Below are positions 18,913 through 30,100 of a DNA stretch of 64,000 bases, one piece after another. Both the position numbers and the translations under genes were made by a program. The notes under the pieces are model-generated. The model worked only from the letters and a program-made list of their open reading frames with translations. It was not told where the DNA came from and did no database searches. This DNA comes from Deinococcales bacterium (lineage in GTDB: Bacteria > Deinococcota > Deinococci > Deinococcales > JAAFIG01): assembly GCA_031414595.1 (NCBI GenBank), contig JANNVX010000014.1, positions 1 through 64,000 of the forward strand. Reading direction: 5' to 3'. How positions within the stretch are numbered: position 1 is the first letter of the stretch; every line of letters starts with the position of its first letter.

Positions 18913-19887
18913 TTATGTACCTCGAGTGAACCAACGAGATAAGTTCTCTGCTCGGGAATTAGCAGCTTCACTAACATCGTTAAAAGCGGTGACAGCAGGC
19001 TTAACTTGACTGATTAAAACTTCGGAAAACCACTCGAGAACATCTGTGCCTTGTGCCTCGTGACCATTCGTTGCAATTGTGTGGAATGATTTCGCATCTG
19101 GCAATCCCTCTTCAAGTGCCGTTTTTACTGCTTGCAATTTTGGGTTAGAAGTAGTCTCGTCTGCCTTAGTCCAGATAATTTGTGTGGGACGAAGTTTCAA
19201 TTCGGTAAAACGATTGAGTAGAGTCAGGGTTTCACGAGCAGCGGTATTTCGTTCTAACGGATCTGATAATCTTCGCCCATCCACCACAAAACACAAAGAA
19301 TCTGCGTGTCTTAATATCCAAGCAGCCCCTTCAGCAGAAGGTTGATTGGGTTCTATATTCCATGCTCGAAACCATTCGCCAGGTACATCGGTGATAAGAA
19401 CGTCTTGCCAATTTGCTTCTCGAGTTGCAAATCTCAGATGAAGCAGTCCTGGTTCACGACCTTCACCAGTTGTTCTGGGTGGATATGTGGGTTTTTCATC
19501 GCCTTTCCATGCTAAAGAACGACTTATCAAATCCCACCCATACAAGGTAAACGACCCAGCAAATGCCCATTGGGGTATTTCCCTGCCCTTGGTCAAAAGT
19601 AAGTACAAAGAAGCCAGTAAACTGGTTTTTCCTGCATCTGCAAAACCCACTAACCCAAGTAAAATGGGTCGCTGTTGTCCAGCAATGAATTGGGCTGCCA
19701 ATGGTGTGAACGAATTCCCACTCCATGCTGGACGCAATTTCTCTGTATCAATGCTTAGATCACTCGAGTCATGCGAAGATGTGCTCTCTCCTTGGAAATG
19801 CTCGCATGCTTCAGGGGACTCGCCTGTATGAAAGCAACCCGTTTTTGGGGCATTACAAGTCTCAACTGAACAAACAATACGACTCAT
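18913..19887 (-). CDS. TRAFAC-clade double-GTPase family protein with N-terminal Cys cluster
   Basis: GFADAGKTS, PPRT, DVPGEWF and WTKAD motifs; ATGA overlap with the upstream gene. Confidence 0.8.
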   Translation of the reverse strand: MSRIVCSVETCNAPKTGCFHTGESPEACEHFQGESTSSHDSSDLSIDTEKLRPAWSGNSFTPLAAQFIAGQQRPILLGLVGFADAGKTSLLASLYLLLTKGREIPQWAFAGSFTLYGWDLISRSLAWKGDEKPTYPPRTTGEGREPGLLHLRFATREANWQDVLITDVPGEWFRAWNIEPNQPSAEGAAWILRHADSLCFVVDGRRLSDPLERNTAARETLTLLNRFTELKLRPTQIIWTKADETTSNPKLQAVKTALEEGLPDAKSFHTIATNGHEAQGTDVLEWFSEVLISQVKPAVTAFNDVSEAANSRAENLSRWFTRGT

Positions 19888-21107
19888 ACTTGAGTTCCCA
19901 ACGACAAAGTACGCAAGTACCAAACAGCAAATTCCATCGGAGAAAGCGGCAGTTTTCCTGAAAATCCAAAGTGCTGACCAATCACCTTATCCGAAATACT
20001 GTTCTTTACACCCGAGAGTTCTGCTAAATGCCTTGGCAGTACCCTAAGCGGAGTTGAGGCATTAAGTATCACTTGCCCGAGAACTTGCTCGCCCATTATC
20101 TCCTTAATACCTTCTACGAGGGTACTTGATTCTTCGGCTTTTTCACCAAAAGCGGTAAAAATAGCTTCCTCGAGAACAGCAATCGCTTCTGGGGAAACCG
20201 GGTATGAAATCATTTCATGCAAATCAACAGCCATAATCGCTGCTGCTGACCACACTGAGAGCGTCCTATAACGGCGTTTAAGGTTGGGCGAAAATCGAGT
20301 TTGAAGCCACCACAATACATTGAGCTTTTCTTTGATATTTTCGTTTGAAGTCTTGATAAAAGAAGCATCAATCACTGGAATCTTTATGGATTGAAGCTGT
20401 TCATCAAGTTCGGTTGCGATGCTTTGAAAAGAAGATTGGATAGTTTCTGCAATTCCAGATGCAGTTGCTTTTGCCCACTGTGGAAAGATGATATTTTGAC
20501 CGTAACTTTGATTATTTGAAATCGGATTGCCGTTCTGAAATGCCGCAGCAAAACCTGTATCCAACGTATCAGTTTTGTCAGATAAGTCTATTTCGGGCAT
20601 TTTGGAAAATGTAATTTGGCTCGTTGGACTTTCAGAAGTCAATTCACAGGCTTTTTTATAAGCACATTGAAATTCTAGCAATAATTTTTCCAGTACACCA
20701 ATTTCTTTAGGGTTGCCAAGAAATTTAAGTGGATTAATGACTGCCAAATACAAAATTACCTTATTAGAATCTGAAACCCGACGCAAAGCATATAAAAGCA
20801 TATAGCGAAAAAGTGCCACAGGATCGTTTTTATGCTGACTGCTGAGAGACCTCCATTTTGACAATAAACACTCTTTCACCAATCTAATAGGCTCAGCGCT
20901 GGCATTCACTTTAGAATCTATTGCTGCCAATCCACTAGAAACCAGTAAACTCACATCGGACTCGAGTTGCTCGAGAATATCTAAAGCTGCTTGGTTCAGA
21001 TATTCAAGTTTTTCGTCATCTAAAGTGTAGTCTGCGGTAATCACTTGCAACAATTCGTGATCTAAGGTATCCATTTGTGCATCTGTGATTTCTTTTGCTT
21101 TAGACAT
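19884..21107 (-). CDS. GTPase-associated system all-helical protein (GASH-like)
   Basis: All-helical 407 aa with LNVLWWLQTRFSP..RRYR motif; lies upstream of the two GTPases. Confidence 0.65.
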   Translation of the reverse strand: MSKAKEITDAQMDTLDHELLQVITADYTLDDEKLEYLNQAALDILEQLESDVSLLVSSGLAAIDSKVNASAEPIRLVKECLLSKWRSLSSQHKNDPVALFRYMLLYALRRVSDSNKVILYLAVINPLKFLGNPKEIGVLEKLLLEFQCAYKKACELTSESPTSQITFSKMPEIDLSDKTDTLDTGFAAAFQNGNPISNNQSYGQNIIFPQWAKATASGIAETIQSSFQSIATELDEQLQSIKIPVIDASFIKTSNENIKEKLNVLWWLQTRFSPNLKRRYRTLSVWSAAAIMAVDLHEMISYPVSPEAIAVLEEAIFTAFGEKAEESSTLVEGIKEIMGEQVLGQVILNASTPLRVLPRHLAELSGVKNSISDKVIGQHFGFSGKLPLSPMEFAVWYLRTLSLGTQV

Positions 21108-21156
21108 ATTAGCGGATATTTTATAACCAAATCCAAAAAATCACAAATCATCAATT

Positions 21157-22326
21157 TTAGTCGTTTAGAGCAGCAATAATGCGATTTATGGATTCAAAAC
21201 GCTTACGCGGAAACCAGATTGGACGGATGTGATGCTCACTTAGGAAGCGCAGACGTTTGGCATTTTGAGCTTTTTCCACTTCTTCCAATATCGCAAAATG
21301 GATGCTTCCATCATCAATGGACTTTACACTTTCATGTAGTACACGCATGGTACGGTCTTGTGCAAGGCTACAGCCAATGAAAATAAGAGTTCGTGAACGA
21401 AACAAAGTCTGCAATAAGGAAGGTATCTGCAAACCAAAATCAACCTCGTCATGCCCGTAAACTTTTTCGTACTCTTGCTTGGTTAGAACACGAGTATTTC
21501 GTTCATCCCAACTTCCGTGAATTTTGACTAGCCCACGTCCGCCAGATTGAATTAATCTCCCAAGTCTATCAGGCTGTGCGCCTTCAATCACATTCACAAT
21601 AGGCATATTCATCTGATTTGCCGATGTCTCCAAAACCCGATCAAAATTGGTGGTAATTATTGAACGTTTTCCAAGTTTTACAATTTCTCTGGGTAATCCT
21701 TGAATTTCAACTTTTTCAAGATGATGGTCACCATAGGCAGATTCGACGATTTGTCTAAACTGAAAAGGTGTTGCGATTTGCTCGAGATGTTTAGCAGCCC
21801 CTTCATAATCATCGCCACTTAGTAAATTTTCTATTTCGATTAAGCAATCATGCTTTGCTGCTTGTGTCTTGAGAAAATTTGTCCATTGAGGCATTTTGTA
21901 TGGGACTGATATTCCAGCTCCTACAAATGGAGTCAATAAATCCCTGCGTGATGGTTCAAAGAGTTGCCGAATGGTATCTGCATTATCGGCAAAGTCAATC
22001 AGGTCTTGGAGTTCATCGAGACCTTGATTTGTGGGTTTTGAAATTGTATTGGTTTCTTGTTCCATAAATTTGAGAAACCGCGTTTCATGCGGGTAGTCTA
22101 ACAATGCCTCCCGAACGAGATTTGGTGCCGATGATATTTTGCCATTTGCGGCTTCGCGCCACAAAACTCGCCAAACTGTGCGTATATTTCCTGCTTGGGT
22201 TGGCATGTCTGCAGGACTACCACCAGATCGTCGCCATAACTCGATGATGTCGGAAGGTATCGTATAACGTTCTGCGAGTGCTTCAATCATGGCTTCGTCA
22301 CTATTTGCAATAGACATTATGAACAA
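21157..22326 (-). CDS. EAD1-SIR2 effector (putative NADase)
   Basis: N-terminal EAD1-like LWRRSGGSPADM...W..LW...ALLDYP. SIR2 motifs PFVGAGIS, ITTNFD, KIHGS, FIGCSL.D. Confidence 0.85.
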   Translation of the reverse strand: MFIMSIANSDEAMIEALAERYTIPSDIIELWRRSGGSPADMPTQAGNIRTVWRVLWREAANGKISSAPNLVREALLDYPHETRFLKFMEQETNTISKPTNQGLDELQDLIDFADNADTIRQLFEPSRRDLLTPFVGAGISVPYKMPQWTNFLKTQAAKHDCLIEIENLLSGDDYEGAAKHLEQIATPFQFRQIVESAYGDHHLEKVEIQGLPREIVKLGKRSIITTNFDRVLETSANQMNMPIVNVIEGAQPDRLGRLIQSGGRGLVKIHGSWDERNTRVLTKQEYEKVYGHDEVDFGLQIPSLLQTLFRSRTLIFIGCSLAQDRTMRVLHESVKSIDDGSIHFAILEEVEKAQNAKRLRFLSEHHIRPIWFPRKRFESINRIIAALND

Positions 22327-22343
22327 TTATACACGGGGTTGGT

Positions 22344-22371
22344 AATCACCAAGCAAATCTGCTTGGTGATT
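22344..22371. promoter_or_regulatory. Perfect 12-bp-arm inverted repeat upstream of the SIR2 gene (operator or terminator)
   Basis: AATCACCAAGCA-AATC-TGCTTGGTGATT. Confidence 0.5.
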
Positions 22372-22688
22372 GAGAAAAACGCAGAAGCAGCAATGGCACT
22401 ACAAGCCAAGCATAAGAAATAACACTGGCAGTAGTAAAATTTTGATTTCACCACTCAGGTTAAGCTGGCAAACACAGCCGCGAATTGATCCTCTAAATGG
22501 TCATCACGTGTGTGATCATGCCAGACTCGAGCCAAGGTAACGGCGTTGTGGTGGTTTAAGTCTTTATGAGACACTAACCCGATTTTCAAAATTTGTTCTG
22601 CATGAAGGCTGTTTACAGATTTTACCTGACGAAATCCCGAAGTTCGAGGTGAGTCTTGGGACTATGGGAAAGCGGCAGCTTACACGCC

Positions 22689-25511
22689 CTAATTGAGTAC
22701 AGATGTGTGTCCAAGACTCTCTTGAGCAACAAGTGGATAGGCTTGTTCACACGCAGTCAATGCAATTAAAATAAGGTCATCAACATTTTCGTCATCTTGA
22801 TTCATACCAACCACCAAGGCAATTACTTTTTCTTTCAAAACTTGGGGCAATAATGGACACAGTGCCTCAAGCTTTTCCACCAAATTGTACCCATGTGAAA
22901 GGCGTAAAGCATAAATGACAGGGCTAACTGCCTTAACGTATAAACCCATTGATTCATAGTGGGTTGCCAGTCTCAATGCCGCCGTTTCAACACTTGCGAA
23001 AAGACGTTCATTGATCTCATCATTAAAAGAGCCGTTCAAGCCGACTTGAAACGGTCGAACATTTCTTAACATACTTTGAAGTGCATCCAAATCATTTAAG
23101 CTGGAAAACTGTTCAGAAAGGTATTTCTCGATGTCAATGTTGATGCGAATTGGAACGTCTTTTGACAGCCGATACCCATCTGTTGGGTGGTACATCAGCC
23201 ATTTGCCCAATTCATTATCCAGTGAAGTGAGGAGCTTATTTAATTGGTTCAGGGCTGTGCTGGCTCGAGCGCGGCGTTGACCTTCATTATCAGTTGATTG
23301 TCCAAAAAAGACACGTTCGCCCAGTTGTTTGGGAGTGACCCATGAATCGGTCAACGCCAAATACACCAAGGCTTGCAACGGATAGCTGGATTTGGTGGCG
23401 ATGACTTGCCCCTGCACCACCAGTCTCATTGCCCCAAGGGTTGTGATCGTAAACTCGGTGTTTTTCTGCAAATCTACAGTACGAATGGGGGCTTCTAAAA
23501 TTCGCTCAAAGCGGGTTCGAGCCACCTCAAACCGACAACAAGCTGCAAGTACCTTTAAGTAGTGGTCTCGATACATCACTACAGTACAGTCATTTGGGGT
23601 ATTTCGATGTTCGATAATTTCCAACAATTCACTTGCATAAGTTTCGTCAATGGCATTGTGTTGTACAAGGATTTCGCCAATCATCAACTGATTTAGCAAA
23701 ACCGAGTCGTAGGTCATGCTGCCGTTTTTGTTGATTTTTCGCATTTCATTTAAAGCTGCTTGATCGTCGCCGCGACTTAAGCAAACTAAACCATCAACAA
23801 GTGGCTGATAGAACTGATACTCGAGATATTCATCCATTCTGCCGCGAGTCTTTTGAATGACATCTTGTAGTTCTTCGGCGTGGTGCTTGAGCCTGACCCA
23901 GTTTTTTAACCGATAAGCGACGTAAGCGGCATACGTGTGTGGTAACAGTAAACCACTGAGATAATGACTGGCTTTGAATGCAGCGATTGAAACATCAAAG
24001 TTTTCTATCGCCAATTCAAAGTGACCAAGCTCGAGGTAGATCAAACCTCGGGTACAATACAAAAAAGGTCCAGACCCTTGGGTTGAAGCAGTTAAGCAAT
24101 GTAGCCCTTGCTGCACATACTCCAATGCTTCTTCATATTGCCCTGCATCTTTTTGCATGTCTGCTAAGTTGGCACACAATCGTGTCATGCGATGGTAATA
24201 ACGGTGGCTATTATTTTCACAAAAAACCATCGCCTCACGCGAAATTTCAATTGCTCCCAACAAGTTTCCAGCCATCTGCTCGATATACCCCAGCGTACTC
24301 AGGGTTAGGATTTTAAGATAAGTTTCATTCGAGCGCAGGGCGAATTTGTAAGAGCTTTGTGCCGCCGCCCGTGCTTGGTCAAATTGTCCATGTCGTACAA
24401 GAAAAATCGCTTTGAGATTATGTATTTTAGCGAAATCTATGTCATCTCGAGCAATTGCTTCGGCTTGTTTTAAGTATTCTTTAAACGCCACAAAATCATT
24501 ATTTGCGTTGGCAATCCGAACCAAAGTCACAAATGTGAATGCAGTTTCGCAACCCAATGCAAGCTGTAAATTGGCAATGCGCTGAGATGCAACCAAATCG
24601 TTGGTGGCGTATAAATAGTGTATGAAAAAATCCCTTAGATGCGGTGTTAATTCACTCTGCGGGATTGAAGATAGAATCTGAGTTTTTTCTTTTTCATTGA
24701 GGTCATCTTCTATTTTGGTATAAAAAATTTGTTCAATGGCTGCTTTCTTTTCCACCAAATCCATTGTGTCTAACCTGCTGATCAGGGCATTGAGTTCAGC
24801 ACTGGATGTGTTTAAAACTTTAACATCTTGCGCCTTGCTGAGATGGTTGTACATCAAGGGGTGCAGCAAGAACTCGCCTTCCAAAAGAAGCGGGAAACCT
24901 GTCTCTATAATCTCAAAAGCCTGCATCTGGTCAACATCTGGCAGGTTTCTGACGACAAAAAAATCGACAAGAAAGTTATACAGTTCTTTTGGCAGTTCTC
25001 CAATCAGGTCATCCAAATAAGCTTCCAAGCCAATTGGATCATGGAATAGTGTGGCTGGGTAAGTCCAGCCCAAGGTTTTGCCATAAACCTCTTCAACATC
25101 GGTCGTTTTGAGCAATTTTTTCAGCTCTTCTTTAGTGAACGCCAAATCATTGGGCTGCAAAATATCCAAGGTGCGTTTCTGACGACTGAATTGAACTTTT
25201 GGGTAATTGGAATGTCGTAGTGCCAAGATAAAGCGTCTTTCGTTGACTGGTGTCGAAATAAGCTGACCAATACTGGCTCGGCTCAATCTGTCTGCATTGT
25301 CAATAATGATGGTTTTTTGGCTGTCCTGAACCTTTTTTATTAACAGTTTTTCGCTAACTTCGCCAGCATCAAGAAAAACGGCAGCCTCATCATTTTGAGC
25401 ATACTGCTCGAGCAGGATGCTTTTGCCAAAACCATTGGGAGCGCAAACCAAAAAATGTTTTTTCTCCGCCAATCGAGACAGCAAATGGGTTCGCATAATG
25501 TTGAAGTTCAC
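22689..25511 (-). CDS. MalT-like ATPase + TPR + C-terminal DNA-binding/BTAD-like regulator
   Basis: APNGFGKS P-loop, DLAFTKEE, TLGW, central TPRs, C-terminal ITTLG...LVYLAL...GYRL. Confidence 0.7.
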   Translation of the reverse strand: MNFNIMRTHLLSRLAEKKHFLVCAPNGFGKSILLEQYAQNDEAAVFLDAGEVSEKLLIKKVQDSQKTIIIDNADRLSRASIGQLISTPVNERRFILALRHSNYPKVQFSRQKRTLDILQPNDLAFTKEELKKLLKTTDVEEVYGKTLGWTYPATLFHDPIGLEAYLDDLIGELPKELYNFLVDFFVVRNLPDVDQMQAFEIIETGFPLLLEGEFLLHPLMYNHLSKAQDVKVLNTSSAELNALISRLDTMDLVEKKAAIEQIFYTKIEDDLNEKEKTQILSSIPQSELTPHLRDFFIHYLYATNDLVASQRIANLQLALGCETAFTFVTLVRIANANNDFVAFKEYLKQAEAIARDDIDFAKIHNLKAIFLVRHGQFDQARAAAQSSYKFALRSNETYLKILTLSTLGYIEQMAGNLLGAIEISREAMVFCENNSHRYYHRMTRLCANLADMQKDAGQYEEALEYVQQGLHCLTASTQGSGPFLYCTRGLIYLELGHFELAIENFDVSIAAFKASHYLSGLLLPHTYAAYVAYRLKNWVRLKHHAEELQDVIQKTRGRMDEYLEYQFYQPLVDGLVCLSRGDDQAALNEMRKINKNGSMTYDSVLLNQLMIGEILVQHNAIDETYASELLEIIEHRNTPNDCTVVMYRDHYLKVLAACCRFEVARTRFERILEAPIRTVDLQKNTEFTITTLGAMRLVVQGQVIATKSSYPLQALVYLALTDSWVTPKQLGERVFFGQSTDNEGQRRARASTALNQLNKLLTSLDNELGKWLMYHPTDGYRLSKDVPIRINIDIEKYLSEQFSSLNDLDALQSMLRNVRPFQVGLNGSFNDEINERLFASVETAALRLATHYESMGLYVKAVSPVIYALRLSHGYNLVEKLEALCPLLPQVLKEKVIALVVGMNQDDENVDDLILIALTACEQAYPLVAQESLGHTSVLN

Positions 25512-26593
25512 TTTATGTCCGCAATTTTTGCTAAGTTCAGGTCAATCCATTGGTTGACCACACGAATTTGCTTATCCATGGCGTTTGAGTCTTTGGTGTC
25601 TGATTGATCATTCATGTAGGTGTAAGCGATTTTGTCGCCGTTTTTCAGTTCGGTGTAGCCACTCAAGGTGAGCATCCTCCAGCCAGAACCAATTTTGGCA
25701 GCACGGTAAGTGACGGGCAGCGGACCACCGATTTGATAACAGCACCCCAACTTCATCAAGTCACGAAATATGGTTTGTGATTTGGGGCTAAGGGTGGAAT
25801 TTGCAAACAGTCCGTAGAACAGGCGGGTGTAGGCTTGCGGGGTGGTGATGTTTTGCAACCAAAACTCGATTTTGGCGGTGTAATTCGGTCCGTGAAAATA
25901 CCTGTCCAACGAAAGTTCTACCTGCTTACCAGTGACCTTCATCGAGGCGGTGACCAGCTTGCCCGCCGTTTCGACTCGAGCCTCAAAAGGCAAGTCGTAA
26001 TAGTTTTTGAGTCCCTTTGCCAAGTCTTTGCCTATGACCTGTGGAAAGAGTCCGCCTTGTGTTCCCCACCAGGCTTTGCTGGTGATCAAAACATTGGTGC
26101 ATGGACTGCTGCTTTTAACGCTGTAGGCAAGGGCTTTAGGACCAACGGCTAAATGAACAATATCGCTGGCGGTGTTGTCGCTGCGTTGGATGGCTCTTTG
26201 CAACAAATACGACAATGAATTGCTACCTGATGGGAATTTCTCGATACTCTGATTTTGTGGTGTGGTAATAAATTTTTGATTGAGTGCAAGGCGTTTTTGG
26301 TCAACTTTCTGGAGCGCATCAAAAACCACCAATGATTTGTACATGCTGATGGTTGGGAAAAAGGTATTGACTGATCCGTAAGCAATGCTCTGGCTCGGGG
26401 ACGATTCACCTTTTTTGTAGTAATCAGCAAAGAAACCAATCCGCCCAGTGACAGTCTTGGGTAAGGGGAGTGTGGAGGTTTGGGCTGGCAATAATTCGCC
26501 GCAAACATCTGAGGAAACAATGTTTTGTGCAGCGCTGCCATGAAAAGAAAAAGCTGTCACAGAAATACCTAAGCCTAAAACCCACCACTTCAT
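25508..26593 (-). CDS. Secreted class A beta-lactamase-like serine hydrolase
   Basis: Signal peptide; SMYK (SxxK), SDN and KIG motifs. Confidence 0.8.
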   Translation of the reverse strand: MKWWVLGLGISVTAFSFHGSAAQNIVSSDVCGELLPAQTSTLPLPKTVTGRIGFFADYYKKGESSPSQSIAYGSVNTFFPTISMYKSLVVFDALQKVDQKRLALNQKFITTPQNQSIEKFPSGSNSLSYLLQRAIQRSDNTASDIVHLAVGPKALAYSVKSSSPCTNVLITSKAWWGTQGGLFPQVIGKDLAKGLKNYYDLPFEARVETAGKLVTASMKVTGKQVELSLDRYFHGPNYTAKIEFWLQNITTPQAYTRLFYGLFANSTLSPKSQTIFRDLMKLGCCYQIGGPLPVTYRAAKIGSGWRMLTLSGYTELKNGDKIAYTYMNDQSDTKDSNAMDKQIRVVNQWIDLNLAKIADIK

Positions 26594-27186
26594 AAATTCA
26601 CCATATGTTGCACCCATAAATTGAGATCGCCCCCAAGACACTGACATTTTAGCACTTGCGGCAAGAGTAGGCTGGCTCGAGTCGTCTTGATTGGTCTAGG
26701 TCTGCCACAAGATTGTGCATATGGCTTGGCTTGGAAGAACCCCAACGCAAACACGGATAATGAATCAACGCAAATGATGAAAAGCCTCAAAAACACATTT
26801 GCCTTTTTTTACATAAACTCAAAAGAATATTTGTGTACTCCAGTAAAAACCACACTGCAATTTAACTAAGATGATAGAGATTTACCACTTTTTTTTGGAA
26901 TCGGAATCTTATCGTTTTTGACGTACATTTATGGGCATTTACGACCCTTATGATAAGGTTATTTGAAATTGATGATACACATCAATAAATTAGTATACGA
27001 AACTTATCAACAATAACAGTCAGAAGTTCAAGTCAAAAGAACGGGAGAAGTCAAATGATACCAATGTTCAAAATAGCCTTAATAAATTTTCCCCCCTAAT
27101 ACATTACAACGCAGCATAAGCACAGTTCTAAATGTAGGAATGAAAAGCCTGTTGGAAACTAAAACCTTGTAAAAATTGGGGATAAC

Positions 27187-30100
27187 ATGATTAAGAACGA
27201 ACAAAAGAAACTACTGGCAAAACGACGTTTAGCATGGGCATTAGCATTGACTTTTATTTTTTCTAATCAAGGTCCTTTAATTGTGGGTCTCGCAGCCCCT
27301 AGTGTGTTCGTTCGTCCGCAACTTGGCGTGTCACGCTCACCCTTAAATGTCATGTCGTTTGGAGATGCTGGTTTTGGAGAAGTAGCCGATGCGATTAACG
27401 TTGCCAATGGAAATTTGTTTGTTAGTGGTGCAAATGTGGCAAAAAATAACACTCCAAGTGGTGAGGCACAAAATGCCAATACCATTGGTGGTTCTGGCTG
27501 GTCAACCAAAAGTCGAATGCGGTTAAATGGTTTTCAAGCAAATTTAGTTACAGCCCCAACAAGCCTCAGTCTCGAGTTGGGCGACCAATCAACCATTGGA
27601 TTTAAGAAAGTTTCTAGTGTTAATTTTGAACAAAGCCCTACTTGGATTCAACGGTATCAAAATGTTGCTGCTGGCGCATGGACTTTTTATGCCTTACAGA
27701 GCCAACCAGGTGTTTCATACCAAGCCGAATGGATTGCCTTGCGAACAGGTTCGAGTGCCATAGCTCATTACTATGATGCTTCAGGTGTTCGTTATAGTTT
27801 TTTTCAAGATGGTGAATATGCAGATTATTGGCAAACACCAGATCAACAATTCCGAAACGCACAACAAGGACTAACCGAAGGTAAACCCTATAATGGTCAA
27901 ACTAACCCGTTTGCTTCTGGAAGCGGTGCGTTAAACGAAATCTCGTATGACAGCACAACTGGACGGATTTCTAAAATAAGTGATGAATATGGGCGGGTCA
28001 CAAAATATGAATGGAACACAAACCAAACACTACGCCAAATAAATGAACTTTTGAGCGATGAAAATAATGCAGACACATATGCTCGTCGAACTGATTTTCA
28101 ATACATAACTGCTCAAAATCTTATTTCTTCAATTACTTACACTGCTCGAGATGGGCAAGGCGCAACAATAGCTCGTACCACTGGTTTTGAATACGATGGT
28201 GTTGGTCGCATCACACGAATCAAGCGCGGCGCTGTTAGCGGTCAAAAAATTACTACATACACCTATGATCCATCCCCCGATTTGGCGCATTTGATTCGTA
28301 GCGTTGCTATTCGTGATTCTTCTGGTGTGTTACTAGAGCCAGAAACTTTTTACCAATACTCGAGCAATAACACCACACTGTTAGCAACAATGCCAACTAC
28401 TTCTATTCAAGTAGAAAGTTTGCAGCAAGTATGTAAAGAAAAGAGCCGTGTCGTCAATAATGATGGGCAAAATGACAAACACGCAACAGTATTGGGCTGT
28501 ACGCAAGATGCAGCTCTTTTTCGAGTACCAAATAACGTCATAAGTGGTCAGTACCAGATTAAACTTCGTGCCAACGCAAAAATGGCAACCGTGGTTTTGA
28601 AACGCAATAATCAACGAATTGCTAAACGCGAATGGGCAACAGAAGCATATCAAACAGGCAATCTGGCAAAGACAACCTTAAAGGCTGGAGACCGTATTAG
28701 CATAAGTGTCCTAGATACTTGTGCTAATAAAGTGAATTGTCAACAAAGTACAATTCGAGTAGATCAACTCGAATTACAACAAGTAAGCCTGCGTTTAGAA
28801 CCACAACAGGGACAAGAAATTGTTGATGCAAAAGCCAGTCAAGGTAAATCACATTTGGTGAATCATCGTTTTTCCGTATCTGTCCCCAATAATATCCCGA
28901 ATGGTTACTATCGTATACGAGTAAAAGCGAAAGCTGATGAAGTTACAGGTACACCTAGCTTAGACCTTGTACAAAATAATTCAGTTGTGAATAGTGTAAC
29001 CTTACAAGGTAAAAAGTGGAACACCCTAGATTTAGGTGCAGTAAATCTCGAGTCAGGTCAGCCAATTGATTTGCAATTTGCATCAGCACGTACCCAGAGT
29101 CTAGGATCAGGCAAGAACCTAAAAGTTGATTTTATAGAGCTTAGCCGCATTACAACCAGTGCGGCTGGTTCAAAAGTATTGACCATCACACAAGGCGACC
29201 AAGTTCAAACATATGAACTTGATTTGTTCAATCGTTTGCGTAAACGAATTCTAAAAGATACTAATCCTGTCTCTGGTGCGACTCGAGATTTGGTTTGGAC
29301 ATACCAGTATTATAAGAATGGCAATGTTGCGCTCGAGGTTGAACCCTCTGGTCGTTCTACGCACTATGCTTATGATGCTGACGGCTTGCTACTCAGGCGG
29401 ACAACATACCGAAGCAATCCATTTGCCGAAGGGTACACGCCTCAAATCTCGGCAGGTTTAACCTTCCGAGATTTACAAGACCTGAATAATGATGCACAGC
29501 CTGACCGTGTTTTTTATAAAGGGCAAACGGTCAAAGTTGCTGCTGCTGTGCGATACGACTATGCCCGTCAAGGTGTGGAGTGGAAATTACAAGATGAAAA
29601 CGGAATCGTCTTATACAACTCTGTTACACCTGTTCCAAGTCAAAATAACTATCAATTTACTGTTGAACCAGTCAGCGATATTGACAGTGGTGGGGTCTAT
29701 ACTGTTCGTGCAGAATTTAAAGCCCCAAACTTTGCTATGCCTTCTAATCCAACATCAAGTAGCGCATTTACAAAAACCTTCAAGCTCATCGCCATTACCC
29801 GAAATAACAACATAGAATCAGAGGCAACATTTACGGTAGCCAGCCAAATTAAAGGAATTCGATTTGATAACTTCCCAACTGAACTGGTTATTGCCCCTGA
29901 TTGCGTCCAAACATCAGTTCAGTATGTTGCTGGTAATGGCTGTGGTGTTGCAAATGCACCAATGTCTATCAGTCTCAATGGTCAAGCCATTGTCAATGAA
30001 TACTTCCCCAGTTCCAATACGGGCTTGGTTTGGACAATTCAACAAGCCCCGGGTTCAGGATTTTCAATCCTCAATAATGTCTTTTCGGTACCTTATGACA

